A DNA stretch of 64,000 bases from Eledone cirrhosa (Eukaryota), in the NCBI GenBank assembly GCA_964016885.1, contig OZ024744.1, positions 97,340,001 to 97,404,000 on the forward strand. The letters are read 5' to 3'. Shown here piece by piece: positions 42,589-57,658 of the stretch (position 1 is the stretch's first letter; each line of letters starts with the position of its first letter). The position numbers and the translations under genes were made by a program. A model generated the notes under the pieces. It worked only from the letters and a program-made list of their open reading frames with translations, ran no database searches and had not been told where the DNA came from.

Positions 42589-45545
42589 TAACAATAATAA
42601 TAATGCTAATGATAGGAACAACAACAACCATAATAACAATAATAACAATAATAGCAACACACACAACTATGACGATAGATATAATGACAACCCCTTAGAG
42701 AAACTATTCTTCAACCCAGCTGACAAGACATATAAGATGGGTAATATCTATCCTACGAGGTTACCCTTTAATAAAAGAGTTTGCATACCACAACAAATAG
42801 ATGACGAGACAGAGGCACAGTTCACCATAGCTAGAAATAAGATTAGACAAATAGTAGACAGGTATACTAAGAGACAGAGCAGACCAGAGGCACAACAACT
42901 TGGGAGGAAACCTGTAGAAGGCTTGGTTAGCCTCAAGCAGCGCACAAGGGATGGTGAGGTAGTATGTCTACCCACGGATAAGTCTGGTAGGATGTCAATA
43001 GATAGCGTGCCGAACTACATCAAGGCTATGCAACCCCACATCACCAACACGAGCGAAATTGCACAGCAAACACATGATGGGAGAGAGAAAATCCTCAACG
43101 CTCACATGATGATGTGGATCGACATCCTAAAGCCAAGCAGACGCACTGCCAACAACTTCCAGGCGTCTAACAATGGCATACCACCCTTGTATGGGCTCCG
43201 CAAAAACCACAAGACAGTCGACGACCCGACAACAGGACCACCAACGGAGCAAATATAGCTAGCAACTACAGGATCTCCTACTTCCTCTCAATGGTTATAC
43301 GCCCCATAATGAAGATGTCCCCAGATGTATGTGACAGTACAGAGGACCTCCTCAGCAGAATTAGTGAGTGCAACAAAAACAGGAACCTATCCAACTGCAT
43401 AATAAGCAGCACGGATGTGGTATAACTGTACCCATCCATTAACATTGATTTTGCTGTGGAAACATGTGTGGAGATGATCATTGAGAGTGAGGTGGAGTTC
43501 TGCGTGAGGTGGGCCTCCTACTTAGACTTACCTACGACACTGACTACCTAGACAGCCATGACCTTAGACGTTTCTGCCCCAGTAGACCCATAAGAGGTAG
43601 ACCCCCCACCATAACCTCAATGGCTAAAATTCTCCCATGGGAAGGTGGATTTGGGGGACCAAAGCTATACGGACCCCCCAAAACAATGATCAGGTAAGAA
43701 AAATGGTCGCACATGCAATAGGGGCTAGTATCAAAACTACCCTAAAGGGCCACATATTCAAGTTCAACGAGAAGATCTACACCCAAAATGAGGGAGCAGC
43801 CATTGGCGTCAGCATAGCTGGTGACGTTGCCAACCTTTTTATGGTATGGTGGGAAAGGACACTTAAAGATCTCCTTAATGAAAGCTCCATAGACCCCATC
43901 ATGTACTCTCGTTACGTAGACGATATCAATATAGTTATAAGAACATCCCCACTAGAGAGCACTAACAAGTTTGATTTAGAACGTAGCACAATGGAAAGCA
44001 TCCAACAGATAGCTAATTCCATACACCAGAGTATAACTGTAACTATCGACTACCCTTCCAAACACCTTAACAATAGACTACCTGTATTAGACACGGAACT
44101 CTGGATTAACACTATAGATGAGAGAGCCCAAATTCTCCACTCACACTATGCTAAACCCATGGCCTCCAAATACCTGATACTCAAAAACTCAGCAATGTCC
44201 AGTAGTGCTAAGTTTAATATTCCAATCGCAGATTTGGTACGAGTGATGAAGAATGTGTCCCGCATGTGCGACCCAACAGAAATGGAAAGACACATCCAAC
44301 ACTTCATCAACCGCATGCAGTTCTCTGGCTACAACCAAAGAGACAGAGTCAGAGTATACGAAGGAGCCATGGAAAAGTATAAGACCCTCATAGAACTGGA
44401 CATGAACGGAATTTTCCCATTATACAGGAGAAAATCATGGAATAGCTTAGATAGGGCTAGACATAAGATAGGGAAAGTCACCTCATGGTACGACAACTAG
44501 AGATACCAGAGTGTCATGTTTGTGGACGCTACCCCTGGAGGGAAATTAGCTAACCAGTGTAGAAAGGCCCTGAGAAAGACCCACTTAAAGATTAAGGTGG
44601 TAGAAAAGCCAGGAACCACCATAAAATCCCTGATCAGCAAAACCTACCCTTTTAAGAAAACCCACTGTACTAATAGGAAATGTATCATATGTAAGGTAAA
44701 CCCCCGGATAAACTGTAAAACTAGAAACGTAGTCTATAGCATAAGATGTACAGAGGGTACTTGCAGAAACATGACAACAACATACATAGGCGAGACAGCT
44801 CGTAGCATAGGTGAAAGGATAGACCAACACTGGGGGGAACTAAAAGGACGAAAAAACGGGTCAGTACTATACGAACATGCCAGACAACAACACGACGGTA
44901 ACATAGACAACATAGAAATTAGAATAATATCTAAACATAGAAATGACCCAACAGATAGGCAAATCAGAGAGGCCAGTGAAATAGAACTTAGAAGGCCAAG
45001 GCTAAACAGAAAGAATGAATGGAATAACAACAACACCCAAACAAACAACACTGACCTAAGAGAAGTATAAATAAATAAATAGATAAATAAATAAATAAAT
45101 ACATACACAAGCACAATAACAACAAACACATATAAACACACACTAGTAAAGATAGAATACATTAACCAATACACAGTCACCCAATCACGAACACACATCA
45201 AACAAAACACTATTCACACACGCAAACGCATGCGCAAAGAAGACAAAATAAAATAAACAAATAAATAAATATATAAACAGACTAAATAAAGATGGCGTAG
45301 AAAATACAATGTAACGGGAGGAAACAATAGCACCACTGACGATGTTGCAGATGTGCAACGAAAGAACTTTGATAAACTATATATATGTGTTTGTGTCTAT
45401 ATTGTATCTGTATTATTTTTGACCGTTGGTCAGTCATGGCAACATTGAGGACCGAATAAATTAGATTACCGATATAAAAGACACAGAAGCGAAAAGCGAA
45501 AACCAACCAAACAGTGAGTGTGTTCTGTTATTAATTCTGGCAATA

Positions 45546-46049
45546 TTACACAAATATTACCAGTAATTTATTATATTATATTACCAGTAAGATAAATAGC
45601 TCAATGTAATAACATCAGTTGTTCTACAGAGCAGTTATATAGAATTCACAGGAATCAAAGTTATGTTCAAACCATTTATTAGCTTACAATTGTTTCATCC
45701 AAACTGAGGCTTGGGGTCTTCGGAGCATTTTTCAATGTTTGTTTACATACATGACCTCCTTTCCAACGCAAGAGACATACAGATACATAAGTATATATTG
45801 ATGTACAGTGGGGTGACATATATTATATTATTTCTGAATGGCAATTTAAATCCAAAAATTAAAATCATATTAAAACAGAATCAAAGCAAAATTAAAATTA
45901 AAATACAACATCGGCAGTTAACGTAGATAATGCCATAGGATAGTTTGTTAGTCAGTTGTAGTAGTTATTGTATGCTTTAGTGACACCTCGGTTTGGATGA
46001 AACAATTGTAAGCTAATAAATGGTTTGAACATAACTTTTATTCCTGTGA

Positions 46050-46110
<61 letters not shown>

Positions 46111-46560
46111 TTAAGTATACTATTTATGGTTATGCAAATACAAAAACCTTTTGTAGTTATATATATTTTTATAAACCCTAAATAGTGGTAGGCAGTAATA
46201 TATTACTACCTTATTACCAGTAAGTTAAATAGCTCAATGTAATAACATCAGATGATTTACAGAGCAGTTATATGAATTATAAGAATCAAAGAACTGTTCA
46301 AAACATTTTTATGCTTACAACTGTTTCCTCCAAACCGAGGTTTGGATTCTTCGGAGCAATTTATTATTGAATGAACACTTATATGACCTCCTTTTCACCC
46401 AAGAGACATACAGTTACATATGCAAATATTGTGGGTCAACATTCATTACAGCATTTAGTGTGGCAGTACACATATAGAGATTACATTCATATTAAAAGAT
46501 ACAATCAAAAATACAGGTTAAAATACAACATGAAATTAAGCGGTTATAGAGTGCAATGGT
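45546..46560 (-). mobile_element. Two related PLE termini with CCGAAGA hammerhead variants (45682-45726, 46311-46358); the first has an inverted arm at 45986-46056
   Basis: gct-CCGAAGA-stem II-GAAAC-aatt/agtt-GTA-agc. Confidence 0.7.
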
Positions 46561-48165
46561 TATACGTGTGGCAAGCACGTGCGTCTTGTTTATATAGCAT
46601 GGCAGAGAATTACGTGTAATAGAAGCACTTAAGCAGGTAATCAAGAGTGTTAAAGGGGTTGATCTGGTAATGAATTCTTTATATGATTGTTATAGCCTGT
46701 GCGTGGAGAAATAATATAAGTATTAAAAATAATATAAGCATTAAAAATATTGGAAATGCGTAGCGAAGCGATGATATGGATTTCATGCACTGCGACATTT
46801 TCATAGTCCGGGTAGCGTATTTTTCAGATTATATGCCCCTCACATAATCCACGATATTGGGCGTTTGACAATCCAGTTAGAGAATCGTAGTCTGATGTTC
46901 TTTAGCTCAATACAGGAGGTTGTTACGTTGCGAGAATCGACATTGAAATATTACCCGGAAGCGTATGTGTGGCTAAGGGGAGTTTATGCATGAGGGGAGG
47001 TAACTCAGTGGTTTCTATTACTAACTATTAAATTGTGTCTCAAAATAGTCCCTAACTTATATGGTTATGTGCAGTTTCTAAATATTTAAAGTGTTTTAAC
47101 TATAATGTAGTCTATTAAGCTGTGCTGAAGGTGTTCCTATTATGGTGATTATCCTCCATCATAGAGTGTCACAAATGAATATTATACACGACGAGCGAGA
47201 TTTCTAAATTAATGATCACTGTGATTGTAGTCTACTCATAGAACCAAGCAAGGTGATTGCAGAATCACTTCAACACACAATGATGCAATGATCCCTGGTA
47301 AGTTCCGGGTCAGTGCATGCTATATTGGATGTCGAAAGATAATGATCACCAGGGCCGACCAGAGGTCAATCCACACTCCTCAGGTCTCCAATCTGACCAT
47401 CAAATCATACATATATGTACAATCCATACGCCACTTGCAATACATTCACTGCACTCAGCATACCGGTCGTACAGCTCATCAACGTTACTGGATTAATTAG
47501 TCTTCCATTTATCCAACGATGGCACTTCCTCCGCATAGCACCAACAAAACAATCAATTCAATGCTTAAATTTTACATTAACTATAAAGTGGTGTGGTGCA
47601 GTTCAATCAACTGGATGTAGTCACACCTAAAGTAGAAGTACAAAGGGGTATTCCTACTGTGAAGGGTTCTAGAGGGATGTCCCGATTAGTGTTATATTAG
47701 ATCAATGAACTTTGTCTTATTTACTCGTTTTATTTACAATCCTTTAAAATGTATAATGGTATTAGAATGAAATAGTATGGTAGAATATTAAATGTTAAGT
47801 GTTAATTGAACAAGTACTTTCATGCTTTCGCAATCTTCAGGTTCATATTCTATGGTTACAGTCAAGTTTGCAATTTTCAACTCACTCGATATGCAAATTA
47901 GGCTGCTCAGCCGTTAATATGCAAAAGGAAAGTATATACTTTCAGACGTTCAATCATCTGACAGAAAGGTATTCGATGCTGGCGATAGCTAATAAGCTTG
48001 AAACTAGTAAATCTTTCCTGTGTCAGTGTTGAACAAAAAGGCGACGATGGTTGCCTGAACACCGTACAGCGTAATTCGGGCTGTTTGTTTGTTTACAAAC
48101 AAACCGAACATTATAATTAATGTTCGGTAAACCCATACGTACATATATATATATGTGTGCATGTA

Positions 48166-48203
<38 letters not shown>

Positions 48204-48216
48204 CATTTTATATATG

Positions 48217-48248
<32 letters not shown>

Positions 48249-48261
48249 CATATATATATAC

Positions 48262-48370
<109 letters not shown>

Positions 48371-48477
48371 TATACATACTACTGTACGTCTGTATATATG
48401 TATGTACGTATACATACTTACATTCAAGTATCAGCCGTACTAAGAGTGAGAAATGAAATTTCGTTTCATTCTTTTCC

Positions 48478-48506
<29 letters not shown>

Positions 48507-48514
<8 letters not shown>

Positions 48515-50498
48515 TAAAAAAATAATGAATAAAACAATGAAACAGTTCCTTATATTAAACAAAAAAAGTTCATTATTTAACGATCGTTTCTGGGATATAT
48601 ATGTGTTAGAATTGGCATGTATATTTAACAGATCTATGTACAAAATTATACAAAATTATACAAACTATCAGAATTAAATATACATACCAACTCATATATA
48701 TGCCGTCTTCAGAAATAATGAAATATATTTATTGATAATAACAACAATTCAAAATTACAGGTCTGTTTGGGAACAGAGTTCAAATTGACCAATGGAAACA
48801 CAAAAAGTTTATACAGTTAGGTGTGTGTATATATGTAAGTAACTTCGTTCACAGATATGCATAAAAATATATGTTCACATGCATACGCATGCCGAAAAGA
48901 TGTATGTAAATACAAAAATTCAGGGCTAATGTCTCTGTATGTTTATAATCTACAGATAAAATACATATACGCATATAAACATATAAATATAAAAATAAAT
49001 ATATACACATTCATATACTCACACATATACATACATTCACACACACACGCGCATATACGCATAAACATACACACAACCACTAACATACATACACACACAC
49101 ACTCCCACACACATATATGTGTATATATTATTATCATAAGCATATGGACATTAATGCGCGCACATAAACACTGCCACACATATTTAGATCCAGATACAGA
49201 AAGTAGGTGGGGGGGGGGGGGGAAGAGGTCAGTATTTACTGGTGTCAGCAAACTGCCTATTTATAAATGTATCTATAAATTTAGAAATAAAACCTATAAA
49301 AATAATAAACAACATAGAAACCGTAATAGACGAGTTACTTGGTATAATGCTCCATTTAATTTACAAATTAAGGATAATATTGCTAAAAAAAATTGTTATA
49401 TCCTAGAGAAAAACTTCCCGCCAAACCACAAATACCATCAAATCTTAAATAGGTCTACAGTTAAATTCTCATACTCAACAACCAATAACATAAAACAAAA
49501 TATAAGTGCCTATAATGCATATAAATGTAAGAATACCATAAGTATACCACCAATACATCAAACTAACCATAATATCTCCTCAAATACAGAATTAACGAAA
49601 GGTTGTAACTGTAGAAACAAAGCAAACTGCCCATTAAAAGGAAATTGTCTTGTTAACAACATAGTGTATAAATGTAATGTTAAAACTAAAGATTCTTTTT
49701 GCTCATATATAGGAGCTACTTCTAACAATTTTAAGGTAAGGTTTAATACCCACAAACATAGTTTTAAAAATGCCGCACTGGCTAATACAACATCTCTAGC
49801 AGAAAAAATCAATAGTTATAAAAATAAGAATATAGAATATGATATGACCTGGAGTGTGCTCAAAAGAGCCACCCCTTATCAAAATAATAGAAATGAATGT
49901 AGATTATGTTCCCAAGAACTATTTGAAATAATGAAATCTAAGGATATCCTATTAAATAAACGACAGGAATTAATTATATCGTGTAATCATAAACTAAGAA
50001 AAACATTTAAATATTATAAACCTAATTAATAACATTATTTTAGATATTAATATATAATTTAATTTAAATGTTAGATAACCTATAAATTTAATTTAATTAA
50101 AATTCTACTACAGATGAGATTATAAAATATTGTGTAATCATAAATTGTGAAAAACTTTTAAATATTACTAATATATACTTTGTAAATTAATTTATAGATT
50201 AATTTTAATTTATTTAACCTTTTATTAAAATTCCTTTACAGATAAAATATAACAAAATATCGTGTATTCAATGACAGAGAAATAGTTTTTAATATTATAG
50301 ACCTAATTAATGTACAATTTAGAAATATATTTATAATTTGGTTTTAATTTGGTTAACCTAAAAATTTAATTTAATTGGCTTAAAATTAAAATCCTAATAC
50401 AGATGGATTGCAGAGTGTCATGTAATCATAGACTGAGATAGGTTTTTAGATGTATACCTAGTTAATATATTCTTTGCAATTTTTGAAAAAATATGTAT

Positions 50499-50532
<34 letters not shown>

Positions 50533-51192
50533 ATGAATATATATGTGTGTATATATTAATTTTAATTTTTGTTTACCTATAATTATATTCTACTATAGAT
50601 AAAATACAATATCTGTTTTAATTATTATAAACCTAATTAACATATACTATAGAAATTAATATATAATTTTTAATTTAGTTAACATATAATTTATATTCTA
50701 CTACCGATGTAATACTTTATTTGGTTTTTTTCCCTATTACTAAATTCATTTCCTAATATTGATACCATAACGTTAATAATTTTAATTTAGTTATACTATA
50801 ATTAATACTCTACTACTATTTAACTTCAAAATTCCGCTTCAAATATTATAAACCTAAGTAGTATACACGTTAGAAATCAATATATTAACTATCTTTAATT
50901 TAGTTAACCTATAATTAATAGTCTACTTATATTAAAATGCATAATTTTGCCTTCTTTCTTACATTTCCTAATACTGAAACTACTATGTAAACACATATTA
51001 TGATCTAAATGCAGATTAATATTCTATGTTTCTTGAGACCTATATTTACTATAATCCCCCCCCCTATTATTATTTGTATTTGTAAGCGTGGATGTATGTA
51101 TGTATATGTAGGTAGGTATTTATGTTTGGGTGTTTGTATGTGAGTATAAAAATACATATGTGCGCATGTAAATAAGGGTGTATGATTGTATG

Positions 51193-51249
<57 letters not shown>

Positions 51250-51359
51250 CTATGTATTTATGTGGGTATATGTGTATATATATATGTATGCGCATGTATA
51301 CGTCTATGTGTATATGTGTGTATGTGTATATATGTACGTATATGTGCATGTATATGTGA

Positions 51360-51426
<67 letters not shown>

Positions 51427-51475
51427 GTTGATGTGTGTATGTGTATATATATGTGTGTGTATGTATATGTATGTA

Positions 51476-51567
<92 letters not shown>

Positions 51568-51980
51568 CATATTTGTCTGACTGGGTGTATTAATTAATTA
51601 ATTTATTTATTTCTTTTATTTTTTTATTTCTTTATTTTTATATATATGTATGTATATGTATATATATATATATATGTATATATATGTGTGTGTGTTATGT
51701 ATATGTATGTATGTATGTATGTGTATGTATATATGTGTGTGTGTGTGTATGTGTGTATATATTTATATGTGTATATATATATCTATTTATATGTGTATGT
51801 ATATCCCTTTATTTATGTATGTCTGAGTTGTGTGAGCGTGTGGTTGTGTTTGTATGTGTATACGCATACATGGATGTGTATGTATGTGTATATATGCATA
51901 TATGTATGTGTGTATGTGTGTGTGTATATATGTATGTCTATGTATGAGTATATATATGTATGTATGTATGTATATGTGTG

Positions 51981-52019
<39 letters not shown>

Positions 52020-52076
52020 TATATACGTGTGTGTATATATATATATATCTTTGTATATGTGTATGTGTACATGTGT

Positions 52077-52128
<52 letters not shown>

Positions 52129-52134
52129 GTATAT

Positions 52135-52168
<34 letters not shown>

Positions 52169-52279
52169 ATATGTGTGGGTATGTATGTGTATATGTGTAT
52201 ATACATGAGTGTATTTATGTATGTGTGTATAGATATATATATATATATATATATGTGTGTTGTGAATGTATGTATATAT

Positions 52280-52319
<40 letters not shown>

Positions 52320-52465
52320 ATATATGTATATGTCTATGTATTTATATGTGTATATGTATGTGTCTCTATATGTATGCGCGTGTGTGTATGTGTATGTGTA
52401 TATATATGGTGTGTGTATGTATATGTATGTGTATGTATGTGTTTATGTATATGTGTATGTATATG

Positions 52466-52504
<39 letters not shown>

Positions 52505-52530
52505 ATCGATGTATATTTTATATTTTACTT

Positions 52531-52617
<87 letters not shown>

Positions 52618-53675
52618 ATTGTAAATATACTCCAAGTATTTGTCGAGTGCTTTTATATCAGTTATAAATATTTACTAGTTGTAACCCAACAATTTTAAAT
52701 ATAACTTTACATATATATATATATATATATTTTCTTAATATTTTTCTTTTTTATTTTTATTTTTATTTCTAAATTTATAGATACATTTATAAATAGGCAG
52801 TTTGCTGACACCAGTAAATACTGACCTCTTCCCCCCCCCCCCACCTACTTTCTGTATCTGGATCTAAATATGTGTGGCAGTGTTTATGTGCGCGCATTAA
52901 TGTCCATATGCTTATGATAATAATATATACACATATATGTGTGTGGGAGTGTGTGTGTGTATGTATGTTAGTGGTTGTGTGTATGTTTATGCGTATATGC
53001 GCGTGTGTGTGTGAATGTATGTATATGTGTGAGTATATGAATGTGTATATATTTATTTTTATATTTATATGTTTATGTGCGTATATGTATTTTATCTGTA
53101 GATTATAAACATACAGAGACATTAGCCCTGAATTTTTGTATTTACATACATCTTTTCGGCATGCGTATGCATGTGAACATATATTTTTATGCATATCTGT
53201 GAACGAAGTTACTTACATATATACACACACCTAACTGTATAAACTTTTTGTGTTTCCATTGGTCAATTTGAACTCTGTTCCCAAACAGACCTGTAATTTT
53301 GAATTGTTGTTATTATCAATAAATATATTTCATTATTTCTGAAGACGGCATATATATCAGTTGGTATGTATATTTAATTCTGATAGTTTGTATAATTTTG
53401 TATAATTTTGTACATAGATCTGTTAAATATACATGCCAATTCTAACACATATATATCCCAGAAACGATCGTTAAATAATGAACTTTTTTTGTTTAATATA
53501 AGGAAGTGTTTCATTGTTTTATTCATTATTTTTTTAATATTTTATCTTGACTCTGTATTCCGTTTATCTTTCACCGAAAGTGATTTTTCATTGCATCTCT
53601 TCTTTCCATGATATCCGGATTACATTGAGTTCTTCATACGGATTGGACACTACCGTAAACTCTTGGTAGATTTAT

Positions 53676-53679
<4 letters not shown>
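48507..53679 (+). mobile_element. 5'-truncated Penelope-like element with ~785-bp inverted arms (48507-49292 / 52761-53544), a GIY-YIG remnant (49293-50029) and a microsatellite-rich 3' region
   Basis: VTWYNAPFN..NIVYKC..SYIGAT..CRLCSQE. Arms nearly identical. Hammerheads at 48569-48722 (-) and 53329-53482 (+). Confidence 0.88.
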
Positions 53680-53706
<27 letters not shown>

Positions 53707-53938
53707 GTGTGCGTATGTGTGTGCATAAAGCCGCACACGCATACGCATACAATATATATATTGTATGCGTATGTGTGTGCGCCTTTATTTCCAAAAAACT
53801 CAGGCATACCTGCTAAAATCTGCACATATCGTTGAATAGGAACATACACATATATATACATACTTATATATATATGTATACATATATATACTTGTATATA
53901 TATATATACATATATGTATGTATACATATATATACTAG

Positions 53939-54021
<83 letters not shown>

Positions 54022-54831
54022 TGAGTTTCAGAAGATCCCGTTAAAGGTGAAAGCAGCGATTCTTTGCTTAAACTTTAATCTGTTATTTTAATAAATATTT
54101 GCTCTACGGTTCTTATATATTTTATATATATTTATCCTTATCGAGCCCTCTTTGGATTTTAGTCTTCAAATTTATTTTGAAACTTTTTCATTATTTACTA
54201 AACCTTGTTTATATTTGTTCTGGCTCGTTAATTTATTAACCCGCCATTGAACCACACTGGCACTTGGTTGGACAATACATGCGTACCTTGGCGCCTTGTG
54301 CGTGAAGGGACGTATTTCATATTACTACTACCTCCATAAACGTTGAGAACAAACCGGGTCATTCCGACTGCTGCTGGCAACAGCGGTGGCTAGTTTGACC
54401 TACCTCCTTTTGCCTCTATCTTTACTACGGCCCTTGATAAACCTGTTCTACATCATCCACTCTCATCCCAGGAACAGTCTTTGATAGCGCTAGTTTGTGA
54501 TTTAAATTCAGGAATTTTATATTCTTTGAATGAAAAGAACCTTCTGACGAGAATCTCTCTTTGCAACGAAGGCCGTATGGTCTCCGTTTTATTTTTGGGA
54601 TTCGAAACCGATCGGTAAAGGTAACTATAGTGGGTAAAGTCAATTTTTTAAAATTTATTTTGAAACTTTTTCATTATTTACTAAACCTTGTTTATATATA
54701 TATATATATAGTTATGTAATAAACAACATAAGGCAATTATTCCATTTACCAGTGGTTTCTTAAAAGCCAAAAATGTTGCTTTCAATCATCAGAATGAAAA
54801 AATCCTGGTCTGTTTATTGAATTTGGATTTA

Positions 54832-54884
<53 letters not shown>

Positions 54885-55025
54885 ATAGGAGAAAGTATGA
54901 CCCCGACGGCAGAACTCAAGCCGTTTCGACGGCTATTTCTGGACTAAAGTCTTTAGTCCAGAAATACCCGTCGAAACACACATATACAAGTATATATATA
55001 TGTATATATGTATGTATGTATATAA

Positions 55026-55060
<35 letters not shown>

Positions 55061-55299
55061 AAATGTAATCTGCTGTGAAGGGTCTACTTATATATATATA
55101 TATATATATATATATAAGTAGACCCCTTCGTTATATATATATATATATAACGAAGGAGTTGTGGTAAGGAACGAGATGGACCATAACGCACCAGAGTACT
55201 CAATACTTAGGGTAGTAGAGTGGGTAATAGGAGAAAGTATGACCCCGACGGCAGAGCTCATGCCGTTTCGACTGCTATTTCTGGACTAAAGTCTTTAGT

Positions 55300-55605
55300 C
55301 ACTGAGTGCAATGGCAACTCTGGATGTCGGTGAGCATGTCCAGCTAACCTCAGTCTCCTCTGTGTCACTTTTGAGCTGACTTTTGGGATGCTCCCATACA
55401 GCTCTGAGTTTTTTCATCCTCAGTGTATACTGATTAATGTTCAGAGCCATCCTCAGCATTCTCGTGTAGCACCCATCCACCATCTGAGTGAGTTTCTTGG
55501 TCAGTGTGCAAGTCTCAGACCCGTACAACAGCACAGACTCCACTACAGCAATGAAGAGGCGGATTTTCAGGTCTTTACGAAGGTCCGACTTCCACACCGA
55601 TCTCA
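55300..55605 (-). mobile_element. RTE-type LINE fragment
   Basis: VWKSDL..VESVLLYGSET..VDGCYTRMLRMALNI. Confidence 0.8.
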
Positions 55606-55621
55606 TTATATATATATATAT

Positions 55622-55741
55622 GATGGCAGTCAACATCACCTGGCACGGTCGCCAAAAAGTTGCCGCTGATCGTGACCGTAGGCGAGTACTTACCGCTCAA
55701 TGCGCCAAAGGACGCGGAAGAATCTAAGACTAAGACTAAGA
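55622..55741 (+). mobile_element. Extreme 3' end of an RTE-type LINE with a (CTAAGA)n tail
   Basis: [20 protein letters not shown] followed by ctaagactaagactaag. Confidence 0.5.
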
Positions 55742-55754
55742 TATACATATACAA

Positions 55755-55833
<79 letters not shown>

Positions 55834-55852
55834 TATACATATACATATACAA

Positions 55853-55897
<45 letters not shown>

Positions 55898-55900
55898 CAA

Positions 55901-55936
<36 letters not shown>

Positions 55937-55937
55937 T

Positions 55938-56017
<80 letters not shown>

Positions 56018-56020
56018 CAA

Positions 56021-56131
<111 letters not shown>

Positions 56132-56146
56132 CATATACATATACAA

Positions 56147-56194
<48 letters not shown>

Positions 56195-56203
56195 TTGTAT
56201 ATG

Positions 56204-56251
<48 letters not shown>

Positions 56252-56300
56252 CACACATATATATATATATTCACACACACACATATATACATATACAGAA

Positions 56301-56373
<73 letters not shown>

Positions 56374-56462
56374 TATATACTTATACATAAACACATATAG
56401 GGTCTGTGGTTTTTCTCACATCTCAGATGTGAGAAAAACCACAGACCCTCCATCTCAACTCA

Positions 56463-56500
56463 CCTTTTGAAAAGCAGAAGAACTGCGAAACCGGTAAAGG
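56463..56500 (+). ncRNA. Minimal hammerhead, U3-A8 core variant
   Basis: cctt-TTGAAAA-gcag-aagaa-ctgc-GAAAC-cg-GTA-aagg. Identical copies at 58638-58675 (-) and 59075-59112 (+). Confidence 0.8.
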
Positions 56501-56657
56501 AACCAAATAAATATATATATATTTTAAAAAAAAAAATAAAACTCCAGTTGCATTTTCGATTTCATCTCTTTTTCTTTATACTTCCACTCGTGTAGGACAC
56601 CTCGGTTATTTTTCATTTTGTAAAAAAAACCTCACTTTCTAATATATATATACATAA

Positions 56658-56688
<31 letters not shown>

Positions 56689-56689
56689 C

Positions 56690-56884
56690 GTTATTCCGGG
56701 TTGAATCGGAGGTAACCACAGTAAGTAAGGTACTCAATACATTGCAGAGTATAAAAGTTTTAATATAGATGAGATTCTACAGGACTAGAACTGTTTCGTT
56801 CTTTAGAAAACATCAGGAATCTCCTGAGATTCCTGATGATTTCTAAAGAATGAAACAGTTCTAGTCCTGTAGAATCTCATCTAT
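56690..56884. repeat. Fold-back cassette with a hammerhead at 56826-56878 (+)
   Basis: gagattc-CTGATGA-tttctaaagaat-GAAACAG-ttctagtc-CTGTA-gaatctc. Confidence 0.8.
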
Positions 56885-56891
56885 CTATCTA

Positions 56892-56963
<72 letters not shown>

Positions 56964-57263
56964 AATATATAAGTAGACCATTCACAGCAGATTACATTTG
57001 AATGCGTTAGATGTAAAAGAACTCACACAAAGTGTAATTATTATAGTAATTTAGTGACATGAAAATATAGATTAGCACATAGGTATCGATTTTGATGCCC
57101 TTATCGATATGTTCGTCCTCATATACAAGTACGTTTATGTCACTAGATTACTATAATAATTTATCAGGACATACATATTGATTTTGATGTCCGCATCAAT
57201 ATCTGTGCGCTGAAATACATTTTAATGTCACTAGTTTAATAGCGCACCTAAATATGTATATAT

Positions 57264-57340
<77 letters not shown>

Positions 57341-57351
57341 TATATACATAC

Positions 57352-57432
<81 letters not shown>

Positions 57433-57453
57433 GTATGTGCGTTCGTGTGCTTA

Positions 57454-57498
<45 letters not shown>

Positions 57499-57578
57499 GT
57501 GTGTGTGTATAAGCATAAATTTATGAAGGAGGATCAAAAGCACTTATCAACATATATATATGTGTGTGTGTGTGTGTT

Positions 57579-57658
<80 letters not shown>

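Larger units (their letters stand above)
35420..45545 (+). mobile_element. Penelope-like element interrupted by a SINE and by Tx1 copy 3
   Basis: N-terminus LQLPSKFAIY..ELEKCFTKIRW (35468-), then a poly-Asn linker. Resumes ~42590: LPFNKRV, PTDKSG, PPLYGLRK, GAAIG, YSRYVDD, GIY-YIG (NVVYSIRC..TYIGET, 44516-45070). Hammerhead-like CTGACGA-t-gttgca..tgcaac-GAAAG at 45336-45364. Confidence 0.9.

Noticed and set aside
48857-49292. N-terminal part of the 390-aa ORF
   Set aside because: Chance read-through of the inverted pLTR arm. Only 49293-50029 is GIY-YIG coding.
51005-52698. Long YIYI/VCVC ORFs (also 14358, 18271-18738, 28071, 48023-48517, 55575-56470, 61107-61556)
   Set aside because: Stop-free translations of (TA)n/(CA)n microsatellites, not genes.
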